Assembly (NCBI GenBank): GCA_964510945.1
Contig: CAZEED010000002.1
Coordinates: 16,924-80,923, forward strand
Source: an uncultured Candidatus Saccharibacteria bacterium
Lineage (GTDB): Bacteria; Patescibacteriota; Saccharimonadia; Saccharimonadales; JAGQNJ01
Length of the DNA: 64,000 bases
Direction: 5' to 3'
Shown here: positions 54,413 through 63,355 of the stretch, piece by piece
Layout of the letters: every line of letters begins with the position of its first letter
Numbering within the stretch: the first letter of the stretch is position 1
The notes under the pieces: generated by a model
Databases searched by the model: none
Told to the model about the DNA's origin: nothing
The model's input: the letters and a program-made list of their open reading frames with translations, nothing else
Made by a program: the position numbers and the translations under genes

Positions 54413-54757
54413 TTAAGTAATACTGGCGTTTTTTAATAATTTCTCGATCATTTGCTTTAGGTCGGTGGCCGGCATTTTTACTACCGAGTCATCAAAGATG
54501 GTTAGAATTACGTCATAGCTAGACGAAAACTCTGAAATCTTTAGCCTAATTATTTCAAAGATTCGACGACGCATACGATTGCGACCAACAGCCGATTTAT
54601 GGACTTTTTTACTGACCACTACAGCAATACGCGAATTACTTCGCTTAGGATTTTGTACATATTTTAAGCTTAAGGGGCCACTGCGGACAGTCTGGCCACG
54701 ACTATAAGTACTTCGTAAGCTGTTATATCCGTGAAAACGGTTTTTTCTATTGATCAT
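54413..54757 (-). CDS. rnpA: ribonuclease P protein component
   Basis: RIAVVVSKKVHKSAVGRNRMRRRIFE (RNR motif), 114 aa, immediately downstream of rpmH. Confidence 0.85.
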   Translation of the reverse strand: MINRKNRFHGYNSLRSTYSRGQTVRSGPLSLKYVQNPKRSNSRIAVVVSKKVHKSAVGRNRMRRRIFEIIRLKISEFSSSYDVILTIFDDSVVKMPATDLKQMIEKLLKNASIT

Positions 54758-54785
54758 ATGTGGTCTCGGCGCAGAAAATAAAAGA

Positions 54786-54923
54786 TTATCGACTTAAGAG
54801 TTTGCGGCCTTTATTTCGTCGTCTTTTTAGTACGTTTCTACCAGACGTTGTCGACATACGTTTAAAAAACCCGTGAACACGCGATCGTTTGCGTTTTTTT
54901 GGTTGAAATGTCCTTTTTGGCAT
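54786..54923 (-). CDS. rpmH: 50S ribosomal protein L34
   Basis: Below the ORF-track size cutoff. Translated by hand: [45 protein letters not shown] (45 aa), a canonical L34. Confidence 0.9.
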   Translation of the reverse strand: MPKRTFQPKKRKRSRVHGFFKRMSTTSGRNVLKRRRNKGRKLLSR

Positions 54924-54930
54924 AGGTGTT

Positions 54931-54959
54931 ACTTTATTGTAGTTGGCCTCTGTAGTCAA
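54931..54959 (-). promoter_or_regulatory. putative rpmH promoter TTGACT-17nt-TAAAGT, leaderless-type
   Basis: Minus strand TTGACT (54959-54954), 17-nt spacer, TAAAGT (54936-54931), 7 nt (aacacct, no SD), ATG 54923. Confidence 0.35.
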
Positions 54960-55248
54960 GCGAGGAAATCTCTAGACTTGTTTTTGGACGCATAAAGTCA
55001 AATAAACAATATTTTGCCACGGTATTCAATAGTTTATCCACTAAAACCGGTTGGTTATCCACAAAAGTTAAGGTGTTAGCTTTGTATGTGTATAACTTTT
55101 AATCTGTTTGAGGGTTTTTGTTATAGTTTGTTGTTTTTTATGTTCGGCCTGTGGAAAAGCTAGGCTCGGACTGCTATAGTTATCTCTACATTTGTGTTGG
55201 ACCGTATGAGCGGTTAAGCACTCAGTTTTTAACTTTTGGAGGGTAGTA
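54960..55248. other. oriC region upstream of dnaA (DnaA boxes + T-rich unwinding candidate)
   Basis: Perfect DnaA box TTATCCACA at 55055-55063. One-mismatch boxes: TTATCCACT 55034-55042, TGTGTATAA (rc TTATACACA) 55087-55095, TGTGGAAAA (rc TTTTCCACA) 55150-55158. T-rich tract 55096-55140. Located at the rpmH|dnaA strand switch. Confidence 0.7.
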
Positions 55249-56604
55249 GTGCAAGATAATCTGTGGCAAGCAGTACTGGGAGAAATCGAGATGTCTGTTT
55301 CTCAGGGTAACTTTGCTACTTGGTTTAAGAACACTCATCTATTAGAACATTCAGAATCTGAAGTTGTTATCGGTGTACCTAATATCTTTATAAAGCAACA
55401 GTTAGAGCGTAAGTTTAATGACCTACTGTCTGATGTTTTATCGAAAAACGGTCTGTCGAGCGCAACAATCACCTACAAGATTCATTCACCGGCTAAGCTA
55501 CACAACACTGTAGATTATGATGATCCGGTAATTGTAAGATCTAGTGGTGGTTCCACTAAAAAACAAAGTGCTTTGGCGCATAGTTACCGACGAGGGCTGA
55601 ATGAAAAATACACCTTTGATACTTTTATAGTAGGCTCTGGTAACGAGCTAGCTTATGCAACTTGTCAGGCTATTGCTGCACTTCCGGGCAAGAAATATAA
55701 TCCGGTATTTTTGTATGGTGGAGTGGGGATCGGAAAAACGCACTTAGCCGAAGCGGTCGGCAATGAAGTGGTGGCTAATAATCCAGAGGCAAAAGTTATT
55801 TATGTTAGTAGCGAACAATTTGTGCAAGAGTTTTTAGACGCCATTAGATTTAAAAAGAATACAGACTTTGCCGGTTATTATCGATCAGCCGACGTGTTGA
55901 TTGTGGACGATATTCAATTTATTGCGGGCAAAGAAAAAACTCAGGAAGAATTTTTTCACACCTTTAATGCTCTACATCAGGCTAACAAACAGATAATTAT
56001 AACTAGCGACATGGCGCCGAAGGATGTGCCAACCCTTGAAGACCGATTGAGGTCACGTTTTTCTATGGGTATGAGCGTTGATATGCAAATCCCTGATTTT
56101 GAAACACGTTGCGCGATTGTGCAAACAAAAGCCGAAGCTCAATCTTTTGATTTGCCGCAACCAGTTGTGGAACTATTAGCCGATAATGTCAGGACAAATA
56201 TTCGTGAACTAGAAGGCGCCTTGAACCAACTTGTAGCGGTTTGTGAAATGAAGGGCATGGAGCCAGATGTCGAGCTTGCAAAATCAGTCATAGGTGCAAG
56301 TAGATCAAGAGCAAAACATATATCCTCAAAGTCAGTTATTGATAAGACCGCCAAGTACTTCGGTATATCTATGGACGATATCATGAGCCCTAAGCGTGAT
56401 AAGGATATCGTAATGCCTAGGCAAATATCGATGTTTTTGCTTCGTAGTGAGCTTCATCTTAGTTTCCCAAAAATCGCTCGAGAATTAGGTCGTAAAGATC
56501 ACACCACTGCTATCCATTCAGTTGATAAAGTCGAGAAAATATTAAGTAATGATTCTTCACTACAGGCCGCTATTAACGAAATTAGGGAGCGGATTTATGC
56601 ATAA
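55249..56604 (+). CDS. dnaA: chromosomal replication initiator protein DnaA
   Basis: GTG start with GGAGGG 5 nt upstream. Walker A GGVGIGKTHL, DDIQFIAGKEKTQEEFFHTFN, domain IV HTTAIHSVDKV. Confidence 0.95.
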   Translation: MQDNLWQAVLGEIEMSVSQGNFATWFKNTHLLEHSESEVVIGVPNIFIKQQLERKFNDLLSDVLSKNGLSSATITYKIHSPAKLHNTVDYDDPVIVRSSGGSTKKQSALAHSYRRGLNEKYTFDTFIVGSGNELAYATCQAIAALPGKKYNPVFLYGGVGIGKTHLAEAVGNEVVANNPEAKVIYVSSEQFVQEFLDAIRFKKNTDFAGYYRSADVLIVDDIQFIAGKEKTQEEFFHTFNALHQANKQIIITSDMAPKDVPTLEDRLRSRFSMGMSVDMQIPDFETRCAIVQTKAEAQSFDLPQPVVELLADNVRTNIRELEGALNQLVAVCEMKGMEPDVELAKSVIGASRSRAKHISSKSVIDKTAKYFGISMDDIMSPKRDKDIVMPRQISMFLLRSELHLSFPKIARELGRKDHTTAIHSVDKVEKILSNDSSLQAAINEIRERIYA

Positions 56605-56616
56605 AATAGTTAATTT

Positions 56617-56810
56617 ACCTGTGCAAAGACTCCTACAAAGTTGTGTAAAAGCCTGTGTAAACAGCCTAGTATTCACTCGAATAAGTGTAGTTGTAAATTC
56701 TACCATCCACATACTTAGCCTATTTTCCGGTAACTTATTAGACCTTTATAAACAGGCAATAATGGCGAAACAACAGATTGGTATTAATCTTTTGCACATT
56801 ATAAACAGGC
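56617..56810. repeat. four copies of a GCCTGTnTAWA / DnaA-box-like motif in convergent orientation (dnaA-dnaN spacer)
   Basis: aCCTGTGCAAAg 56617-56628 and GCCTGTGTAAAC 56651-56662 on the + strand. The exact 12-mer TTATAAACAGGC (rc GCCTGTTTATAA) occurs at 56746-56757 and 56799-56810. Also TGTGTAAAA 56642-56650 and CCATCCACA 56703-56711. Confidence 0.45.
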
Positions 56811-56855
56811 CTTATAACAACAACATTCTAAGTATTTAAAAAAGGAGTTATTATT

Positions 56856-57947
56856 ATGGATTTAAAATTAACCCAAGAAAACCTAAGCAAAGCCCTAAGC
56901 ATTGTTGCTCGTGTTGCAAGCGGACGAAGCACCTTACCGATTCTTAGTAATATCCTTCTTAAAACTAATGCTAACAGATTACAACTTTCTGCCACTAATC
57001 TTGATATTGCAATCACTGAATTTGTAGGGGCAAAGGTCGTAAAAGAAGGTTCGATCACTGTACCTGCAAGACTTATGCAGGATTTTATTTCCAACCTCCC
57101 TTCTGGCACTGTTAGCCTTATTCAAAAAGAAAATCGCCTAGAGATAAAAACAGATAACTACAACTCAACACTCAACGGAATATCGGCCGATGACTTCCCT
57201 GTTATGCCACTAATATCAAAAGGCAGTAAATGGGATATAAGTTCTAGTGTTTTGAAAAAAGCCTTACAGCAAGTTGTAGGTGCGGCATCTAGCGATGATG
57301 CTCGTCCAATACTGACAGGAGTGTTTTTCTGTTCGCACGATAAAAAGTTATTTGTAGCGGCTACAGATAGCTACCGGTTGGCAGAAAAAACCCTAGATGA
57401 TGTTGGGGGTGATATAAAAATGTTGATTCCGGTGAGTGCGGCCCAAGAATTACTGAGAATCTTAGAAGATAATGATGATAAGGTACAAGTAACAAGTGAT
57501 GGTCAACAGGTTAGGTTTCAGACTGCAAAAACTGAATTAATTGCTCGGATGATTGAAGGCGAATATCCAGATTATCAAAAACTTATTCCTAAAAAATTCG
57601 AGCATGTCGCCACTACATCTAGATCTGAACTAATAAATATTACAAAAGTCTCTAGTCTGTTTGCTAGAGAAAGCGCCGGCAGTATTATTCTAAAATTAGA
57701 AAAGGATAATGGGAAAATAACAGTGGCTTCAGTGGCTTCTCAAGTAGGCGAAAACAGCTCCAGTACCAAAGCAGAGGTCAATATGGACGGTGAACTAACT
57801 CTAAACTCGCGCTATTTACTTGAGGGCTTACAAGCTCTAGAAGGTGATCAGGTAGAGGTAAACTTTAGTGACAAACTAGACCCTCTGCTACTACGCAATC
57901 CAAAGAGTAAAGATTATCTACACATAGTAATGCCTTTGAAGAGCTAA
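56856..57947 (+). CDS. dnaN: DNA polymerase III beta sliding clamp
   Basis: AAGGAG RBS. LSKALSIVARVASGRSTLPILSNILL, three-domain length (363 aa), canonical position after dnaA. Confidence 0.95.
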   Translation: MDLKLTQENLSKALSIVARVASGRSTLPILSNILLKTNANRLQLSATNLDIAITEFVGAKVVKEGSITVPARLMQDFISNLPSGTVSLIQKENRLEIKTDNYNSTLNGISADDFPVMPLISKGSKWDISSSVLKKALQQVVGAASSDDARPILTGVFFCSHDKKLFVAATDSYRLAEKTLDDVGGDIKMLIPVSAAQELLRILEDNDDKVQVTSDGQQVRFQTAKTELIARMIEGEYPDYQKLIPKKFEHVATTSRSELINITKVSSLFARESAGSIILKLEKDNGKITVASVASQVGENSSSTKAEVNMDGELTLNSRYLLEGLQALEGDQVEVNFSDKLDPLLLRNPKSKDYLHIVMPLKS

Positions 57948-57966
57948 CGGCTTTATAATAAGAAAG

Positions 57967-59031
57967 ATGATAACCAGCATAAGATTGCAAAACTTTAGGT
58001 CGTATAGCGATAGCGCCTTCGAGTTTGAACCACGAACCAATATTATTGTTGGACCAAATGCCAGCGGAAAGACAAACTTGCTAGAAGCAGTTTATTACGT
58101 ATGTAGCATAGGAGCTTTTAGGGCGTCAGATCATCAAAATATTAAAAAAGGTGAGTCATGGGCTAGAATTGATACGACAACCAATAAGAATCAACAAAGA
58201 ACGCTCAAGTTAAGTATAGAAAATAATCGAATAAAAAAACAAATTGAAATCGACGGGGTGGAGCTTAAAAGACCTAAAAATACTGATGTAATCCCAGTAG
58301 TACTTTTTGAACCAAACCAGCTATACGAACTTGTGACTTCACCCGAAGAACGAAGAAATTTTCTCGATAGTTTGGCGTGTCAAATCTACCCCGAAAACTC
58401 CACAACCTTAAAGGATTATAAAAGAACCTTATCGCAACGTAATAGACTACTCAAACAAGATTATAAAGACGTTACAAACACTATTTTTGCTTGGGATATT
58501 AGGTTATCTGAGCTTGCCCAGAGCATTGTAGATAAGCGCATAAAAGTAATCAATGAACTTAACAAAACCCTGACTCAGAACTACACAGGTATCGCAGGAG
58601 GCAATAACACACTCCTGACCAGTTATGAGTCGAAGATAACAAATAACGCCAGCTACGGCAGTAGAATGTTAAAAATTTTAGAGGCAGATCTTAATAAAGA
58701 TTTGGCTAGAGGTTTTTCATCAGTTGGACCACACCGAGACGATCTATCGATTATGCTAGACGGTAATGAACTGCGAGGCTTTGCCTCACGAGGCGAAACA
58801 AGAACGGCAATACTGGCACTAAAAAAGTGCGAGACTAGCTTACTTGAGGAAAAAACTAGGCGAAAACCAATCTTACTTTTTGATGATGTCTTTAGCGAAC
58901 TTGATGGTAAACGTCGAAAACTCTTAACTGGATTTTTGAACGACTATCAAACCTTAATTACCACAACCGATGCCGACATTATCGATAAATCATACGCTCA
59001 AAAAACAAATCTACTAGAACTTAATAATTAA
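57967..59031 (+). CDS. recF: DNA replication/repair protein RecF
   Basis: LQNFRSY...IIVGPNASGKTNLLEAV (Walker A), SRGETRTAILALK (signature), ILLFDDVFSELD (Walker B). Confidence 0.9.
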   Translation: MITSIRLQNFRSYSDSAFEFEPRTNIIVGPNASGKTNLLEAVYYVCSIGAFRASDHQNIKKGESWARIDTTTNKNQQRTLKLSIENNRIKKQIEIDGVELKRPKNTDVIPVVLFEPNQLYELVTSPEERRNFLDSLACQIYPENSTTLKDYKRTLSQRNRLLKQDYKDVTNTIFAWDIRLSELAQSIVDKRIKVINELNKTLTQNYTGIAGGNNTLLTSYESKITNNASYGSRMLKILEADLNKDLARGFSSVGPHRDDLSIMLDGNELRGFASRGETRTAILALKKCETSLLEEKTRRKPILLFDDVFSELDGKRRKLLTGFLNDYQTLITTTDADIIDKSYAQKTNLLELNN

Positions 59032-60529
59032 CTAAATAAACCATATTAACAGACTCGGGTTTAATATTGTGCGAATTTAGATATTGCTTAGCTTCTTCTT
59101 TGGCTTGATTTCTTATAACGACCGCACTGAGGTAGCCTTTTTGGCCTTTTTTGACGTGTAGCAAATCTCTAGGCATAAAGATCTTTACGACAACAGTTGG
59201 TTTATTGTCGCCAGTCTGAACGTAATCCAGCATCATTTTATCGCCATAGAAAGGCGAGGCTGAATTAAGATTATTAACTAAATCTTTATCTGATTGGTCT
59301 AATGTTGCCAACCTATATAATCCGCCAGAACGAGGTTGTTTGTAAGTGCCCACGTAAATAGTTTCTTGGTTGTCGCAAGATAGTGCTTTGACGTTTGATA
59401 ATTTTGCCAGAAGAGCACTGTACTGATCTTTTTTGGAATTATAAGCCCATACACCCGAACCGTCACTATAAATTAGTTTGTTATCAGAGCACCAGCTAGT
59501 TGCTGACGGTATTTTATTATCCAAGAATAAGTCACGTACATAAGTATTATTTAAACTATCATAAACCTTTAACGAGCCCCCTACGCTATAGGCTAGAAAC
59601 CTTCCGCTTGGCGACCAGTCGACAGACTGAAGTAATGGTTGCTTGTCTATTTCTGTCAGTTTCTTGCTCTGGGTGTCTAGCAGTGACACGGAGTATTTCT
59701 CGACGACTGGATCTCCGTATTCTTCGTTGCCAGAATCGCTTTCTTCAGGGTATTGCGATAGCAACAAGTTGCCTTTACCGCTGTAGGCAATTTTTGAAAT
59801 TGGCCAAGGCGCAGTAAATATATATTCGGCACGTTTTGCACCCACTGCCACACGGTATACATTTTTTCCGGCACTTACGAAAAGTTCGCCTGATTCAGGA
59901 CTATAGTCGATGTCGCGTGGGGTGTCCAAGGTTTTAATATCCGAAAGCAAAGTGTCTCGGATATTAGCAGTTTTGTTATTGTCTACTTTATAGATTAAAC
60001 GGCCTGAGGTCATTATGTAGCCTTTACCACCTTTGTCTAGATCGATTTTAGATACCAGTTGTAGATTTGTTTGAATAGCGGGTTGCGACAGCGACTTTTT
60101 TTCATACTTTCTTAATAAATGAGAATTGCTTTGTAAGAAGTACGCCCCATTTTGAGCTTCATTGATCTCAGAGGCTGGAACACGGGAGGTTAGTAGGGGG
60201 CTCAAAGGATCGACTATCTCTAAGGATTGCTCGGTGGTTTGTCTAGCAATGACTGTGGCCGACGCTCGGCTTTTTCCGTCCTTATCATTAAATACCTCTA
60301 TAACGTAGACACCCTTATATAACCGTTTTTTGACTTCGTTGGTCTGAGATTTAACAACCTCTTTACCGTCCTTATCCTTTACTACGATCGTTATACTGCC
60401 GTTACCCGAAGCTTTAACGCTAAGAGTCCCGCTATTTACATACTGAAATAAAAATTTACCTATAAAAAACACCACTAGTGAAATAACGATTATCATAATC
60501 AGTCGTTTTAATTGAGCTTTTTTATCCAT
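59021..60529 (-). CDS. membrane-anchored extracytoplasmic protein with beta-propeller-like (TolB/WD40-like) region
   Basis: N-terminal TM (LIMIIVISLVVFFIG), a beta-sandwich-like segment, then repeats such as VDWSPSGRFLAYSVGGSLKVYD and WCSDNKLIYSDGSGVWAY. It lies 36 nt downstream of the hydrolase gene. The 3' end overlaps recF by 11 nt. Confidence 0.55.
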   Translation of the reverse strand: MDKKAQLKRLIMIIVISLVVFFIGKFLFQYVNSGTLSVKASGNGSITIVVKDKDGKEVVKSQTNEVKKRLYKGVYVIEVFNDKDGKSRASATVIARQTTEQSLEIVDPLSPLLTSRVPASEINEAQNGAYFLQSNSHLLRKYEKKSLSQPAIQTNLQLVSKIDLDKGGKGYIMTSGRLIYKVDNNKTANIRDTLLSDIKTLDTPRDIDYSPESGELFVSAGKNVYRVAVGAKRAEYIFTAPWPISKIAYSGKGNLLLSQYPEESDSGNEEYGDPVVEKYSVSLLDTQSKKLTEIDKQPLLQSVDWSPSGRFLAYSVGGSLKVYDSLNNTYVRDLFLDNKIPSATSWCSDNKLIYSDGSGVWAYNSKKDQYSALLAKLSNVKALSCDNQETIYVGTYKQPRSGGLYRLATLDQSDKDLVNNLNSASPFYGDKMMLDYVQTGDNKPTVVVKIFMPRDLLHVKKGQKGYLSAVVIRNQAKEEAKQYLNSHNIKPESVNMVYLVNY

Positions 60530-60565
60530 TACGACCCTCTTTTAAATTATGATTATTGGAATACG

Positions 60566-63355
60566 TCATGGCGTAAAGCTCCCGGGTATTATGAATTCGT
60601 CAAGAATATCTACGTGAAAGTGATTCTGATGCCCTTCAATACATTTAATATTAATTGGTGTACCTTTCTCTTCAGCATAAGCACGTATAACATCACTAGA
60701 ATTGTCATTAGGGCACCACCAAATATTCTTAATCTTTCCGGTATCAACAAACATTTTCCCAAATTCGATTGTGGCTTCAGTGTTATACCCACTATGGTCA
60801 TTAGCGGCTGCGATGACCCCATCGGCGCTTATATCAACAGCAACACCTTTATAGTGTGATTTATGTCCAGAAGCGTTCAGATCACCAATGTCAACCGTCG
60901 ATTGATCTTGGTATTTTTGCTTGTAGGCCATGGCTACTGTGTAGATAACGCAAACGAGTGTTTCAGAACCATAGCGTTGTTCAGGCCCTGCCCCACCATC
61001 AAAGGTATACTCCCCATTTGGAGCGTCTGGCATCTTGAAGTAACCGGCTTGTGTTGGGTGAGGTTCCATATTTGCTGGGCATTCTACGCCATCTACGCCT
61101 GATGCCCCGCTACAATTACCTCCTCCGCCGCTTGCGCTACCAACTCCTCCGCCATATTCGTCTAGAACCTGTTGGGCAAACTCTAATCTTCCTCCTTCGT
61201 TTTGTCCTGCTGCCCCTTCCCATTGCTCAAGCCAAATGTGAACAAGCGCAGCCAAATCATCCCCAGCTGCATCCATTGCTGGTAAAACCGGCCTATTATT
61301 ACCAGGAACACTAGGCGTTGCGCCCTCCCCAGTAGTCTCTAACCACAAATATTCTAATTGAACTTCGATTGTATCTTGTTGACCTGCTCTGCCTGTCTCT
61401 TCCGCAAATTTTACAAGTTTGGCATAGCGGTCTGAATAGTCCCATTGTGCAATACCGCGGTGCGAGCCGTTGTCGGCAGTTGGGTCAATATTTGGGCTCG
61501 ATTCAGCCATTAGATTTCCGATAATGGCTGATGCCTGAGCGGGAGACAAGCCTTTACTTGTTAGGAAGTTATAAGCAATCTCAACATTGTTGCCACCCGT
61601 AAAATCGCCTGATCCAGCAGTACTACTACACTCACATCCACTCAAAACTTCAGGTACATTAGCAAAATTTTTAGCGGTGTCGATCCGTCTTAATGATTCG
61701 TTAACTTGATCTTCAGATAAATCACCACTTGCCACAGCTGCTTCGAGTTTATCTAAGACTGCACCGATTTGATCAATCTTGCCATTAAATAAAACCATAT
61801 CGTTACCAGCTTTTACTGCGGCTAGTACGGCATCTGGGAAGTTAGCGAATCTTTCAGTAATTGGTGCCATGTCACCCATATCATCTGTTATTACCAGTCC
61901 ATCATATCCAAGTTCGCCTCGCAAAAAATCGGTTATCACTTTACGGCTAACTGTAGTTGGTGTACTGGGATCGATATCAGGAATAATCAAATGGCCGGTC
62001 ATAACTGCCGAAGAGTTGCCTTGCATTAGACTAACAAAAGGCGCCAGATCGCCAGTTAATAACTGTTGTTTGTTGGCTGTGTATACATTTTTGTCTGCGT
62101 GGGTATCACCCAGAGATCCATCACTCTTTGTTGCATGGCCGTGACCGGGAAAGTGCTTAAAAGTTGGAAACACACTAGCCTCTCTGAGCCCATCTGCAAA
62201 GGCACCGGCTTTGGCTGTTACCACATCATTATTATTACCAAAAGACCGAGTTTTAATTACTCCACTATTAATGTCGTCTACTACATCAGCCACGGGTGCT
62301 AAGTCCATATTTACCCCCAATCCGGCAAGTTCAGTACCAAAGTCTTTTGCGATGGTTCTTACCTCCTCATCAGTTTTTGAGCCCATCTCTAGAGCTGATG
62401 GTGGATTTGACGCTATGGGTACATCAACTGTTCCTCCTTCACCGTCAACCGAGACTAAAAATGGGTTCTCGGCATTTTGGCTATCCTTTATCTTGGTACT
62501 TAAACTCGCTAGACTGTCTCGCCCCACGAAATACCCACCAACTTTTGCTGAAGTTACAGTGTCAATATCTGCTTCGCTATTCACCCTAGGCATTAACATC
62601 TGAGCTAATTTATCTCGGATTGAAAGGGTACTTGTATCCGTTTGTGTACCTCCACCATCAGCTGGGGCATTACCTACTTGATCAGCAGTCCATTGTGCCC
62701 GAGCCACAAATCCTTCGGGTGTCTGATGTAGTCCATCGGGTAGAGTTGGATAGGTATCGGGATTTTGGTCGATCTCGGTAGCCCAATCTATAACGTTAAA
62801 ACCTAACTCTTGAGATTTAGTATCAATTATTTGATTTACTTCACCGTCAGAATAACCACCTCGCGTCACTCCGTAATCTGCGGTATTAAACCATTTTATT
62901 TGAGTAGTATCAGAAAACTCTCGAATTTTTTCTACTAATTCTGTAACCTTTGCTGGAAAGTCGGTGTCTCTGTTGGTACCTAGACCAATGAGCACAGCAT
63001 CACTCTCAGCAATCTTGCTTTCATCTTCTTCGATTTTTGGCATAGAGAGGGATATATTAAATCCGTTGTTTGCTTCAATGTCGAGAACTTGCCATCCTTT
63101 CTCCTCAAGCTTACTGCCAAGGTCGCCAGAATCTCGCATCCCCTTGGTTAAAGAATCACCGATAACATAGATCTTTCCAGTTCCGGCGTTTGAACTTGAG
63201 TTAACATTGCAACCTACATCGAATCTCAGAGAGCCGCCATCTATAACTTGCTTTTGCTCAGAGGATAACGCTAAGACGGAAGAGCTGGTAACATATACCA
63301 AAAGTGTCGATAGAATCATAATTTTATATATTAGTTTTTTAGCATATTGTTTCAT
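60566..63355 (-). CDS. secreted four-domain cell-wall hydrolase: SGNH esterase + GH3 (NagZ-like) + phage-tail-lysozyme-like + LAS/M15 metallopeptidase
   Basis: Signal peptide. SGNH (about 62690-63185): IYVIGDSLT, GLGTN, DGLHQT. GH3 (about 61690-62625): VSVDGEGGTV, KHFPGHGHATKSDGSLGDTH, GLVITDDMGDM. Lysozyme-like (about 61150-61600): SAIIGNLMAESS...HRGIAQW. Gly-rich linker. M15/LAS (60569 to about 61090): HYKGVAVD (H-x6-D) and HQNHFHVD (HxH). Confidence 0.8.
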   Translation of the reverse strand: MKQYAKKLIYKIMILSTLLVYVTSSSVLALSSEQKQVIDGGSLRFDVGCNVNSSSNAGTGKIYVIGDSLTKGMRDSGDLGSKLEEKGWQVLDIEANNGFNISLSMPKIEEDESKIAESDAVLIGLGTNRDTDFPAKVTELVEKIREFSDTTQIKWFNTADYGVTRGGYSDGEVNQIIDTKSQELGFNVIDWATEIDQNPDTYPTLPDGLHQTPEGFVARAQWTADQVGNAPADGGGTQTDTSTLSIRDKLAQMLMPRVNSEADIDTVTSAKVGGYFVGRDSLASLSTKIKDSQNAENPFLVSVDGEGGTVDVPIASNPPSALEMGSKTDEEVRTIAKDFGTELAGLGVNMDLAPVADVVDDINSGVIKTRSFGNNNDVVTAKAGAFADGLREASVFPTFKHFPGHGHATKSDGSLGDTHADKNVYTANKQQLLTGDLAPFVSLMQGNSSAVMTGHLIIPDIDPSTPTTVSRKVITDFLRGELGYDGLVITDDMGDMAPITERFANFPDAVLAAVKAGNDMVLFNGKIDQIGAVLDKLEAAVASGDLSEDQVNESLRRIDTAKNFANVPEVLSGCECSSTAGSGDFTGGNNVEIAYNFLTSKGLSPAQASAIIGNLMAESSPNIDPTADNGSHRGIAQWDYSDRYAKLVKFAEETGRAGQQDTIEVQLEYLWLETTGEGATPSVPGNNRPVLPAMDAAGDDLAALVHIWLEQWEGAAGQNEGGRLEFAQQVLDEYGGGVGSASGGGGNCSGASGVDGVECPANMEPHPTQAGYFKMPDAPNGEYTFDGGAGPEQRYGSETLVCVIYTVAMAYKQKYQDQSTVDIGDLNASGHKSHYKGVAVDISADGVIAAANDHSGYNTEATIEFGKMFVDTGKIKNIWWCPNDNSSDVIRAYAEEKGTPINIKCIEGHQNHFHVDILDEFIIPGSFTP

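Noticed and set aside
56549-56839. 96-aa ORF spanning the dnaA 3' end and the dnaA-dnaN spacer
   Set aside because: It starts inside dnaA in another frame, covers the DnaA-box-like repeat region, has no RBS, and has an odd composition. The spacer is better explained as regulatory or origin DNA.
61779-62603. Several 80-130-aa plus-strand ORFs (61779-62144, 62211-62603, 62296-62589, 61051-61314 and others) antisense to the 929-aa hydrolase gene
   Set aside because: They lie entirely within a gene with strong multi-domain motif support. Their products are low-complexity (Ser/Pro/Leu-rich) translations typical of the antisense frame of a GC-richer gene, with no RBS.
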